From contig JALDZX010000016.1 of NCBI GenBank assembly GCA_022813865.1, forward strand, positions 62,001 through 126,000: 64,000 nucleotides of DNA, written 5' to 3'. The position numbers and the translations under genes are program-made. Position 1 is the stretch's first letter; every line of letters starts with the position of its first letter. The notes beneath the pieces were generated by a model. The model had not been told where the DNA came from and did no database searches. It was given only the letters and a program-made list of their open reading frames with translations. Positions 12,311 through 24,793 of the stretch are shown piece after piece. Origin of the DNA: Xylographa opegraphella (lineage: Eukaryota).

Positions 12311-13904
12311 TCCAATACGTCGAATACTCCTCAAACTCCAGTCAACAGACTCTGCCTTAAAGAAGAGATTGTAGAATTAGCTTTCAGATCAAGAAAAGGA
12401 TCAGTGTCAGATTCGGGCGAGTCTGTTGCTGATTCCCACGATTACCCGGCCCACAGCGGTATTAAGATATTTAAAGGAAGTTCGGTGGCTTATCAAAAAA
12501 AAAAAACAATGCCAGTTAAACTATACACCAATTACTAGGCGCTGCTAAAGACACTGAAAGGTAAGAACTCGCAGGGAAGGATTTCACCTTGGCAGCTAAG
12601 ACTTTCTGAACTCGGTTCCATGAAGGCGATATGGTCGTACTACGCACCACTGACCGGCAGGCACAACGTCCTCCTGAGAAACTCGATAGTAGCTAGGTCG
12701 ACCTGCGATTCCATACGAGACGTCGGGAAGCGGCGAACTTACTAACGGCAAGTCGAAACAATCACTCACTTGCTTGCACTCGATCGCAGAGTCATGGATA
12801 TCTTATACCCGTACAACCGAGCTTCCCAATACGATCCTGTCCTTATAATTAAATCACGCCCCTTTGGTTATCGCAGCCATCCGTAACAGCAGATATCTTA
12901 AACAACGATGACTACGACCACGACGACGACCTTTTAAACCATGCCCCCTCTTTACCATTTCACACGATTTGAGACTTCAAGGAATCTGAGGATTATAAGG
13001 TCGATCAAGAGGCCTCTTCGACAACAATATTCCTCTGCATAGCAAGCAGCAAAACGAAGCTTACGAAACCCCTCCCCAGCCCATCGGTGGGGAGCGGAGC
13101 GTGCGAAAGCGAAGAAGGTCCCAGTCCAAGAAGGTTCCAGGCGAAGAACGTCCCATTCCAAAAATAAAAACACTGACGGGAAAAACCCCACAAGTGGCCA
13201 ACGCCCGGGAACGACAAGTACTCGCCAGGTAAGATTCCTCAATAGTTGCTACCGAGAATCATTCCCCCCTCTTCTTCCACCGATTGTTTTCCAAGCATCT
13301 TTTTCTCTGTGCAAAAAAGCATGATGCCTCACCCCCTTATCGTCCACGGTGGCCCCCCCCCCCGGGCGCGGCGAAGTCCGCTTAGTATGGGGGAATTCGA
13401 TATCGAGGGGTGGCGGTTGGCGGTTGGCGGTATGGGGAGGGTTTCGTGGAAAATGAGTGACCGGTCGAAGGGAGAGTCGGGGAAAGTGACGCGTAGGTCG
13501 AGTGGCGTGCAGTGAAGTGTGGTCTTTGCCGGTGATTATGCTGGGCCTTTTTGGGCTTCGATGGCGTTGGATGTGTACTGTTGGCTTCGGTGGAGAGAAG
13601 TGCTCGGGAGACCCGAGGGGGGGGGCATTTAGTCGATGAGATTGAGATAACACGATTCAGCGTGAGGAGCAGAATCGCTTCTTTCGAAAAGAAAAAAAAA
13701 ATTAGGTAGAAATTTTATGTACACAAAGAGAGAAAGAAAGTGATATATTTACATAAGCAAAGCCCGCTGAAGAATTCCCGATACCCTCCACGATGCACCG
13801 TCAATGCAGCCAGCAACAGCCACTATCTATGCCCAAATAAAGTCTTTTGATGCAGAATGAACTGTCAAGTAACAGGAATATGATGCAGCCACGTGAGGCT
13901 TCGT

Positions 13905-15918
13905 CTACACCTCCTCTGGTTTCTCCACACTCAGCTTCGCGTTAGCGTCCAAGCTCTTTCGCTTCTTTTCCTCCTTCCGCTCCTTCCGTGCTTCCTCCTG
14001 TGCTGCAAGACCGGTCTTCGTTGTCTCGTGGGTTTTACTAAGGGTATGCTTCCCGATGCAAAAACTGGCCGCGATACCGAGGACACCAATACAGGTGTAG
14101 AATATCCACATGGTCCGCAGGCTCTGGGTGTAGGCTTCGACAGCTACAAGTCTCTGCGCAGGCGGTAGAGCGGAAACAATGGCGGTGTTGGCGCCTGCGG
14201 AACCGCCGCCGAGCTCGTGAGCAATGTTCGCGGGCAGTCCTGCAAGAAGAGTGGACAATTGCTTCTGCATGCCGTTTTGGAAGATGACTCCTCCAATGAC
14301 CACTGAAATCGAGGTTGCAAGATTTCGGGTGAAACCAAAGGTCGCGGTCGCAGTTGCAATATCTCGGGGGTTGACATGACTCTGAAGTGCGATGAGTGGA
14401 GATTGGAAGTTAGGACCACAACCGATACCGGCAATGATCTGAAACATGATAATGCGAGGCCATGAGGCGTACGACGGAAAGTCGATATAGAGACCGAAGC
14501 CGAAGGTCATGAGAATCATGCCGAACCAAATCGGATAGAGGTAGATTCCTGTCTTCCGGATGAATATACCCACGGCAGCCGACATGAGTGACAGGGAAAT
14601 GACGAAGGGGAAGAGGTAGACCCCGGACAAGAGAGGGGAAGCACCGAGGACTGCTTGGAAGTACAGAGGAAGGAAGTAAGAGCCGGAAATGAAGACGAAG
14701 CCGTGACAAAAGCAGGTTACCAAAGCGGCAACGTTGGAGCGTTTCGAGAACAGGCGTAAAGGGATGACAGGGTATTTGGCCACCTTCCACTCGATCAGGA
14801 AGAAAATGCCTATGGTTACGATTCCGAAAACCAAGAGGCATACAACAGTAGCAGAACCCCAGGGATAAGTAACTCCTCCATATTCAAGACCGAAAAGGAA
14901 CATGACCGTTCCACCAACAATGGTCAGAGATCCGAACCAGTCAATAGCTTTGAGACCGGCAACAATTGGAGTCCGGGGAGTTTCGATGTCGAGGAATACG
15001 AGAAGGATAATAAACGCAAGGCCGGTACATGGCACTTTTCCAAAATTAGCATGCTGAAGAGGGATCCTGCAGAACGCTAACTCACGATTGATGTAGAAAC
15101 ACCACCTCCAAGTCACGAGTTCTGTAAACACACCACCGAGGACGGGGCCTACCGCGGAGGCAATCGCCCAAACCATACCGACCATACCAAAGTACATTCC
15201 TCGGTTCCTCATGCTGAAGAGATCACTGATGCAGATATTGACCAGAATGATAAGGCCTCCTCCTCCTATTCCTTGTATGACTCTTCCCGCAAGCAGCATT
15301 TTGACATTGATGCATACAGCACATATCAGGGAGCCAACGAAGAACACAACGTTTGCGATTAGTATCACAGGCTTCCGGCCGAAAATGTCGCTGATTTTGC
15401 CCCAGGTTGGGGTGGCTGCCGCCGCCGCAAGTAGATAGGCAGATCCGATCCATGTATAATCGGCTTCTGACGCCTGGAAGTTGGCGGCTATTGTGGGCAA
15501 CGCAGTTGTGATTATTGTCTATAGATATTAATCGGTTGTCAATATGGGGGTAAGCACTAAGGGTCGCACCATGTCGAGAGCAGCAAGGAATACAGCTAGC
15601 TGGATATAAACGTTAGCTTGTTGATGCTTCCACACATGAATTGCGAAGTCATACACATAGCGCCAGCATCAGTAACACAACCTTGCCTTTGCTACGCTGC
15701 TTCTCTTCTTGAGGAGGTCCTTTCTTCGGTTCTTCTGCGATGCGCTCTGACGACGCTGATGGTGATAACTCGGTCTCATTCAGGGCCTTCTCCTCATGAG
15801 TATTGGTACTCTGCTGCGTCTGGTCGACAGTTTGCGCATTCGCTCCTATGCCAGCTTCTGCCTCGGCTTCAAAGCGCTCGGCCTGAGAAGGCTCGCCTTC
15901 CAATACCGAAGGCGCCAT
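13905..15918 (-). CDS. MFS drug/H+ antiporter (DHA2, 14-TM type)
   Basis: LAVFLAALDMTIITTALPTIA..., WGKISDIFGRK motif A, WRWCFYIN and YFLPLYFQAVLG; many hydrophobic segments; three introns. Confidence 0.93.
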
Positions 15919-16928
15919 CGTCGGAAGATTTGTGAGGAAGTAGAGCTGTTGAGTGAGATGAGGTATGGAACTGAGGTAGACTGGACTCAAGGTAGAGAGA
16001 CAAGAAAGTGAAGGGCAAAGAAGATTACGATGAACACATGGTCGAGAAGGCGTATATGTCGTCAGAGCGTTAGGTTTTTCTGGACGCAAACGACTATTCA
16101 TACGTATTCGGAAGCCCCCGTCGCTTCGACCCTTGAACGGCTGACTCACCCGCGAAAGGGCGAAAAGAAGCTTTACACGATCAACGGGTTCGCATGTGCG
16201 GCCTGTCATTCGTCCATCGTAAGATCGATCAGATGGATTAGCCTGAAAGGGCTTAGATGCCTCTCAAGATCTCGGCTCTTCGCTTCACTACAAGGCCGAG
16301 GGACGCGCCTTAGGAGCGACGAGAAATATGTACGGAGTTTGACTATTTCCGGGTTACGATTAGTCCTACTCCTTTGCGGCACATCTGACCGACTTGGGTG
16401 CTTTGACTGAGTTGCGGTGCCCTCTCCAACGAGATCTCGTTTCCACCAACAGTACAATCTACATGACCATCATCTGGGGCTTTCTGAATGTTCCGAGCCT
16501 CCATTCTGCCGTTCACAACTCACATCTTCCGGCGCTTACGGATAGTGACATCCTTAGCGCGTGGAGCATGAAGGATGACTGGCTCGCACAGATCACGAAA
16601 GCTTCACAGGGAAAACGGCCATCCTCACGACAAAATCTCATAGAAGTCACGAGGGGTTTTAATATTCTCGCGTTGTAAGACAACTTTGTTATAGACCTTC
16701 CTTCTGCGGCGTTGATTGGATTCCGCTTGCCTATGACCAAAGTGCCGCGTTGTCTCCCAACACTGAAATACGCTTGCTCCCGTGCGTAATGCCCTGGGGA
16801 AGCGCTGAGCGACAGTGGGGGTATTGAATACGAAAACAGATATCAAATTCATAAATCAGATCAGATGGCCACCATTCATAAAAGCCACCTGTCTTTTTAA
16901 ACATCCCTTTGTGCGCTCAAATGAATCG

Positions 16929-18829
16929 TCATGTCTTTACCCTCTTTATGTTTGCCGGATCCTGTTGCCCGTCTCCTTCGGGACTTTTCCGCTTCCTCTC
17001 TCCATCTTCATCGCGCAGAAAGCTGGGCCCGTTGCTGACGACCGGGGTCTGGAAATTCAACGGACTGGGTAACATGTTGCTGTCGCCTCCCGACCGACCG
17101 AAATCCCATCCTGGATAGAAGGATGACGGCGAAGGCAGAAGACCATCGGCCACGAATCGCGAAGGCAACGCACTGATCGGGGTCTCGATGTTGTTGTTAC
17201 TATTGTAGGCCTGGCTGTTCTGCGCGGCAGTGCCCATCGGTATCGGAGGCCTTGCAAATGGATTGGGCGGTCCCTGCGCTCCTGCACTTAGGATTGCGCC
17301 CGCACTTGGGGACGGCGGAGGAAGAACCACGCCCAAGGAATGGTTGGCTTCTGTTCCAGCCTTTGCCGGTGTCTCTATGGTCTCGCCGTTTCCTCGAGGT
17401 GAGGACCCGGCTGTAGCGCTCCCTTCATCGGATTGTTCACTGGGAATTTGAACTTTCAATCTTGGTCGCTTCGCGCCCGACATATCACCAGCCGCGGCGG
17501 AAATAGACTGGATTCTCTGTGGCTGTGGCTGGGTTCGAGATGTTCTGGCTGGCGGTGGTGGTGGTACAGAAGAATTGTTTCTATTGACACTTCCCGTGTC
17601 AACAGACTGAGATCGGTTATCTCTCTCAGCTTTGATTATTTCACTACGGGAGTCGGAGCTTGTCGAACCAATTCCCCACTGCTGAGCTAACAAGGAGCTA
17701 CTATCATCAATAGGTGTGAATATACTTCTTGATTTAGCTGGAATTGGTTTCGGCTGGAAAGGCTGCATTCCTTGAGGTTCGACCTTTGGCTGTGGAGGCG
17801 ATGGGGTTTGTCTCTGCTGTTGGTGTTGGGGTTGTGACTGGGGACGTTCATCTTGGGGAAATGCTGGAGGCATCGACTGACGCCTTTGATCTTGCAAAAA
17901 CGTTTGTTGTAACTGAGTGCGTTGGGGCGCTTGTTGAGAGTATTGAAATTGGACATGCTGACCGGGTTGATGGCTGGGATGTGGACCGCTGGGCATACCT
18001 TGCTGCGCAAGAGGATTGTAGACTGTAGGATTAGGCATATACGCAAAGCCGTTTGAAACGCTAGGCCCATGGCTAACTTGGTGCTGATGTTGAGGGACTA
18101 GATTTGAGCTTTGGCGACGATTATTGTTCCTCGAAGAGGGTCTGGAACCCATCTGAGGTTGAGGAGTGTGCTGACGGTGAGGATAAGGTATAACGCCATT
18201 GCTTATGGGAGGAGAAGCAGAAGGCGCGACACTTCTCATATGCTGAAATCCCGGCTGATGTTGGAGATGTGGGGGAATATTATGTTCTACAGGCAGCTGC
18301 TCTTCGAGCGCGGCCTCGTCTATGTCTTCGTCGTCGTCGTCGTCTCCTCCCTTGCCATTGAAATCTGCTGGTCCTTTGTGTTCGTGTGGCTCGCCATACT
18401 GGTACGTGTGAGCGCATGATTCAGACTGAGCGCAAGGAGGTGAGAACATACATATTGGTGCCGCCCAATCGTGTCCTGTATATTCCCAGATGAAAATTCA
18501 TATAGCTTCTTATTGTGGCCAAATATAATAACCGCGACATCGACGGAACAAAGGACGGAGAGCTCGTGTGCCTTTTTGAAAAGACCTCCTTTGCGCTTGA
18601 GGAAGGTCCTGCAAGCACGATCTGTTAGCATTTCCATTATTTCAAGGGTGAGACTGGCGCTTGAACAAGGGCAGGTGATCAAATCGTAGCAGTTGCAGAC
18701 AGCAGCTGTTTCGTGTTGACATGGCTAACCGTCAAGGTGGACTCGGTGGCGACGATGAAAGAACCTAACTTACACTGAACGGTTTCTGTCGTCCTTGATG
18801 GCCTTGATCTCGATCTTCCTTCGTCCCAT
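16929..18829 (-). CDS. rlmA: MEF2-type MADS-box transcription factor
   Basis: [60 protein letters not shown]-terminal [20 protein letters not shown] and LLPSPSSFY motifs of Rlm1/RlmA. Confidence 0.93.
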
Positions 18830-19116
18830 GGTAGAATAAGTACAAGAAGGGAAGAAAGCGAGTTAAGGAGCGAGAAGCTCGACCTGCGAAGCTTGAGTAA
18901 AGAAACGCCGATCGAATACTCCGCTGAGACTTTTCGCACAACAGCTGAGAGGCTGACGAGGTCGCGGTCGCGATCGTCTTATACAGAACGGAAGGAACAA
19001 ACGACTTGACTGCTCTCAATGGTGGGTTCTATCGTCGAGCAGAGAGCTAAGACGGTTAATAGTCCGATTTTGGGTATGCGTGGGTTTGACGTGCAGTGGT
19101 AGCAAGCTCTCGGTCG

Positions 19117-19253
19117 TTATTTTTAGAAGAAGCAGGCAAGTGGGTTGCGGAGTCTCTTGAGGAGATCTCCTCTGCTGGGAACGCCGCTAGCCCAAGTCAG
19201 GAAACTAAGAAAACTTCGGGGCTAGTAGTCGGTTTCATCAAATATAAAAATAG
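19117..19253. promoter_or_regulatory. Two candidate Rlm1/MEF2 binding sites upstream of rlmA
   Basis: TTATTTTTAG (19117-19126, reverse complement CTAAAAATAA) and TAAAAATAG (19245-19253) fit (C)TA(W)4TAR. Confidence 0.45.
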
Positions 19254-20406
19254 ACCCCGATGGAGATAGATTTGGGGTCTTTGGCGCATTCGACCCAATC
19301 AGAGGGAAGTCCTCCGTTGGTTCATCCAGGGTTCAAGGTGCAGGAAAGCATAATAAGCAGGGGGCGTATCTTCCCATGGCTTTTCCGACGAGAGTCTCCA
19401 GACGATGAGATAATATCGCTTTGCGAAAACCCGGGTGACGGCCAAATTAACCGGCATTATTGACCCTATTGGATTATCTTGACGTTGCCCTGGTTCCGAG
19501 ACCTGGGTCGGCGAAATTGCTGTCAGCGAGAGGTCTAGATTGTTTCCCACTAGGGACGTACTGTCAGAGCAAAACAGTGCACAGATGGCAGCATAAGGTA
19601 AGGCGCCCGGTCTACCGAGGCGAGTATGGCGTATTTGCATGAACAATAGGACTTAATAAGAATGTAATCGAGAGCAAGTCTTGGCCGTGAACCCAATGCT
19701 CTAGGCAAGTCTCTTTCATCCGCCCATGCCTTCAGGTGGTCGTGTTTCCTATTGGATAATCAGTGTCGATGTCGGATGTGGTTGGAGGAACAGACAGTGA
19801 ACCATCGGGGGAGGCTTAATACGTACGGATCGGTAGCCTTGGTGTCGACTTTATTTTTATTTTTGGAATTCTTTTCCCACGCGACGGTAAACAGTATTTT
19901 GGATAACCGGTACTTCCAAGGCCTCCTTGGCCACACCGTGCCGCTTTCTTCTCGAATTTCTGGTCTTCTAACTGGTCTCATTCATGATGGTGCAGGAGTG
20001 TAGTGGACTTCATCCATTCAAAGGCAGGCGCCGGTGGATGGAAGAATTTCTGGCCAGTCATGCAACCTCCTTCACCTCATTCGGTCTATCTACATCGGGC
20101 TCTTCCCTCTTGCGTTCCGTAGCCTTACCAACATGGTCTACAATTTCCTATTTGCGGAAGTGGGGCTTAAGATACTTGGGCAGCTGGCTGAACCCCGTCT
20201 CCGCGGCTATTATTCTTTCAATACGTTGGAGCAAACGTGTTTCCAATCCCGAAGACAGGCTTGGTTTGAACCATTCTCATTCTTGTTGGTGTACCTTTGA
20301 AATATGGCGTGCTCAGAAAGACTTCCTCTGTCAAAGAATCTCTAATCTTCTCAAATGCTCACCCTCTTTCTTTCCCTCCATCGCTCCTGATACTTCTACG
20401 TTGTCC

Positions 20407-20861
20407 TCAAGCCTTCTGCGGGTTGTGGCCCCAATTTTTCAAAGACTTGGCCGACTTTGAATCTGGGTCCTGCTTTGCCTTTCCTTCTTGTGCAAGATGT
20501 CTCTTACAGTACGCAACAACTTTCCGCATATGAGGGATGTCCGCTTCATCATATTTCTCCGGATCTTTACTGGGATTCCTCTTCAGGATGTCCACAATCA
20601 TACGGCCACTGTAAGACGATAAACGAATGGAACGCTCTTCTGACTGAGCTAGGGCATACCTCTCATGACCGACGGTCTCCCCTGTTACATCAACCTTCTT
20701 CCAGCCAGCTCCCGCCGAGTCTTCTTCCTTCAACCAAGCCTCAAGCTCACCCGGTTCCATATTCACTAGTTCACTGAATTCCCTGGGCGCAACTCAACAA
20801 CTACAAATGCACTTTCAACGGCCATTACATACTCAATGACAGTTTGGTCGTCTTTCACCAT
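20407..20861 (-). CDS. DUF3140-family small protein
   Basis: Spliced MVKDDQTVIEEFSELVNMEPGELEAWL...GETVGHESGRMIVDIL...HMRKVVAYCKRHLAQE...SLKNWGH; two introns. Confidence 0.85.
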
Positions 20862-23291
20862 CTTGGGCAAGGTTCTCGAAACAACACTTCCTGCTAGGAC
20901 AGTTGATGAGTGATATCCCTCGACTTGAGCGGGGTGTGGCGTCCAGTTGCTAAGGTCGAGAAGGATAATACAGCTTCATGGGACTCGTTATGGCCCCAGA
21001 CTGCACCAAACAGGAGTGGGTGACGTCATGACTGTCCGCCGTGGAGGGAACATAACTTCGAGTTGCATTGTCAGTATGCACAGCCAATTCACAAGAGCTC
21101 AATAGGTCCGTGCATAAGAAATCAGACGCCCCTGGCTGTCGCTCAATTATTGCTCTCATAATCCCCTACACTAGGCGACCTGTTTTTACTGGCAATGAAA
21201 GGGGATAAAAGACGTCCCGAAGGTTCTAGGTGAGAAGGCAATCTACTTTATTTTGCTAGGATACGCTATTGGTAGTCTCTTTCCTCCTTGTCTTCTTTCT
21301 TTCTATGTTCTCATAATTTGTGTCATTTGATAGAAACACATTTTTATACTTGTTGCACAGAGACTTGGGAAACCAGCTCAACCTCTTTCCCACGAGCAAT
21401 AGCAGTTTTGGGATCGTCCTGTCGATTCCATGAATCATGACTTATACAGTTCACACCTGCTATTTCTCAAACTCTTCATGAGCAGTCTACTTGTGTCATC
21501 GTCCCAGTCCCGACCGCACCATCTGGCCGATTGAAGCATGCTCTGGACTGTCATCGTGTGTGCGGAATCAACTTCTGGCACCCGCACATACAGCAGACCA
21601 AAACTTCCCACGGTACTGTGATCACCAGAAATCGAATGGCGGAGTGTCATTTGAATAGTGCCGGGGGTCGTAATGACAGTGTATAGCACAGAAAGAGGTA
21701 TGGACGTGTTGGTTGTGGGGAGTGGCAGGGGGGGAGTAGGGACGCACAGTAGAATCGAAGAAGGCAGAAGAGAAGCGAGAGCGTGGGCTGGACGAGAGAG
21801 AGAGAGCGGGATTGGGCCAGTGGGCTGGACCCGCTACAGTGCCTTGAAACGTACTCTCCTCCGCCTCGAGTACTAAGGTAAGCCAGACACAATGGAGCGT
21901 ATTGATATCCAAGCTACTGAACTAGCGAACCAGCGTATGCTTGTCGCTTGTCGATTTTCGATGCAGCAGATCATCTACGTGTATCTATCCTAGCCTTTTC
22001 CCAACACCAGCATCTGGAGATTTTGCATCCAGTGCCCAATGGTGATAGACCTCCGAGGCGCATAAGTACGCTACACCTTCAAAATTCGCATTTGCGACGT
22101 ATTTTTCGTAGATTAACCCAACCAACAGGCACCGAACAATCTGTTAATGTGCCCTTCACAGCTCGCTCGCTGAAGGTTGACGTCGCGACCCATATTTGAG
22201 GATTCAGTAGATAAACTCCGGATGCGTCAAACACGTGTACAGCATCCCGGGATGTCCTTTGAATTCCAAACGACAATGAGGCCCATAATCCGCACTGATT
22301 TAGCTTAGGGTCATCATCCATCTGCTTACAGATTTAAGTTGCCGATGGCGACTGCGAAGAGCCTCTTTGGTGAGATGAAAACAGTATCCCATCGTGGTCA
22401 CTCTACAGGAATGCGGCCCAGGAATGCTGATTATGTCGGACAAGGAAAGTCACACTGCAACGGGATAAGGCTGTTATGGACTCTGCTCAAGTCAGTACCA
22501 TTGAGTACAGCCTTACACCTACCTTTCATCAAGCAAAGTCCCTTCAAATGTGTTGTGTTGACCTTTCATGATATGCATGAAAGGGATGTGTTTAATGTTG
22601 GAGTTGCAGTGCTGCGAATGGGTTGGAAAACTGGAATGGTCAAGGCGGAAAAAGAATCATCTATTGTATCTGCCGAATTCCGGCGGTGTCTACAGGTGGG
22701 ATTAGGCGATTCAGTTGATTAATGCGAATTATGTCTCAGGTGTAGCGCAGATTCGTGACAAATTGTCAGGCGATACTGACTCGCCGTTCGTAACTTGTAG
22801 AAGTCGAGAGAGACGAAGCTGATGTGCCATAGTATTACAGAGTGATGAACATGCTGCAAGATGTCTTATGTCGTTTGCTGATCCGTATCATAGTTGCGAG
22901 AAGGAAATCCAGCAGAGCAGAGTCGACAATCGACGAGCAATTCCGAACAGCCAACCTCGTACCACAAAGCGAAACCGGAATGTCGACAAACAGAAGACCC
23001 ATTCCAGCTTCGTCGAACAAGTCGTACACCACAAAAAGGTTGACACTTTTGATAGAGAGAAACGTGCCCGCTCCGACCTGCCCAACCGAGGATGTCGCCC
23101 CAAAGTGACCCAAGATCAAGTTGAAAGCTGTATTAGTAGGACAACGAGAGAAGCAGAAGTAGAAGAAGTCTAGAAAATCATGCTTGACTTAAGCTGGAAC
23201 CCTGCAGAGCCTCCACCTCGTTAAGCGTTTGAAAGTTTGGGCGCTTTATTTGGCAGGGCGCTCCGCACCTGATCTGATCAGCTGACGGCAT

Positions 23292-24398
23292 TCATCGACG
23301 GGAATACCTATCATCGGTAGAATGATCGTTGTATCTACCTCCGTACGGCTCGCGAGATTCCCTGGCAGGAGCTGACTCGCCGTAGCCACCAGAGCGACCA
23401 CCATCTCGACCACCGTAGTAACCATCTCCTCCCCCTCCACCACGACGGTCATCTCCGCGGTTGCTTGAGTAGCGATCATCACGACCAGAAGAAGCGTAGC
23501 GATCAATACCACGAGAGGAATAATCGTCACGGCGACCACCTCCACCATAGCCGCGACGATCGCGGTCATCATAGCGAGAAGATGAACCACGGTAGTAGTC
23601 ATCACGACCGTAGCCGCCGCCTCCGCCTCCACGACGGTCGTCGAAACGACGAGGCGGACCACGAAAATCGTCATCTATACAACACGTCAGAATGAGCTGT
23701 CGACAAAAGGAATAAAACAGGACCCACCACGCTTCGGAGGACCAAAGTATTTCCCCGGGGTTGGTGTACGTGGGCGAGCCCTCCTAGCTTTCTCAATGCT
23801 CAAAGTGCGACCTTCGATGTTCTCGCCTTGCAGGCCTTCTTTCGCGGCATCTGCCTGCTCAGCCGTGACCATCTTGACAAACCCGAAGCCACGAGATTCT
23901 TGGGTGTGGGGATCCTTCATGATCTGACAGCGCTCGACTTCTCCATATTTTTCGAAGAGGCGTGAGACTTCTACTTCAGACAGACGTGGATGAATTCCAG
24001 TGACAAAAAGGTTGGAACCTGGATTACGAGCTGAATCGTCGCCACGATCGCCTTGAGGACGCTCATCAGCAGCAGGGCCACTACTGAACCTTTAGTGTTG
24101 GTCTAGAACAATCTTGGTTGGCATATCGTACCGAGAGTTCATGCGACCATTGGGTGAGGCACTTCTATCGCGTCCACCACGATAATTGTCCTCGCGCTTC
24201 ATCGGACGAGGCGAAGCACTGCGATCACGGTCGCGATCATTGTAACGTGGTTCCTCTATACTGTGTTAGCCACGTCTTTTGCTTGACGAAAAACAAGCTG
24301 AAGAGGCTCATGATGCCAGGAAAGAAAATGGAGATAGAAGGATAGATTTCACCTTCGTAGCGATCGACTTCATTCGATTCGTAGTCCATGGCAGCCAT
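23292..24398 (-). CDS. Transformer-2-like SR ribonucleoprotein (RRM plus RS/RGG/RD-rich regions)
   Basis: NPGSNLFVTGIHPRLSE...IMKDPHTQESRGFGFVKM...GRTLSIEKARRARPRTPTPGKYFGPPKR, then an R/G/D/Y tail; multiple introns. Confidence 0.9.
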
Positions 24399-24793
24399 TT
24401 TGAACCCCTTGAACGTTACTTAGACCGTCAGTATGTTAGATCGAATAAATTTGAGATCAAGAAGACAGTTGCTGAAATCTGTACAGCTAAGACTGTGATA
24501 GAGGTTGGAGATTCGTAGTGAAGTGTAGGTTAGATGGGAAAAGGTGTTGAGAGAGACCTTGTATGTGAAGAAGGCTGCTACAGCTGACAACTTTCTTTGA
24601 AGTTCGCGAAACACGATCACGCTTTTGGATTAGCGTGGCATTGGCTCTTTAGCCGCAATTAACGGGACAAAGTGAGTGAAAGTCGTCTCCTCAACCTCTG
24701 GGAACATCATCGATAGAGCGGTCGGTAGTCCCATCACTTCATCAGTTGCAGCTTTCCGTTTCTCTTCGGTGCGCACGTTACTCTTCACTCACC

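Noticed and set aside
12670..12712. TPP riboswitch (CTGAGAA...CCTGCG in an intron)
   Set aside because: Lacks the ATACC and GAACYTGAT core; no thiamine gene adjacent.
13222..13236. U1 snRNA 5' end (CTTACCTGG on minus)
   Set aside because: No U1-70K loop or Sm site; it is simply the complement of a + strand splice donor.
19752..20400. Gene between rlmA and DUF3140
   Set aside because: Short overlapping ORFs with no consistent splice model or family match.
21886..21903. RNase MRP CR-V-like ACACAATGGAGCGTATT
   Set aside because: No matching CR-I (GAAAGTCYCC) at a suitable distance upstream.
22608..22623. U14 domain A-like CCATTCGCAG on minus
   Set aside because: No flanking box C, domain B or box D.
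21300..22850. Telomerase RNA gene
   Set aside because: Size and structure are suggestive, but no adequate template was found: only TTAACCCAACC on + and a 7-nt ACCCTAA on minus. No recognisable pseudoknot or P6.1.
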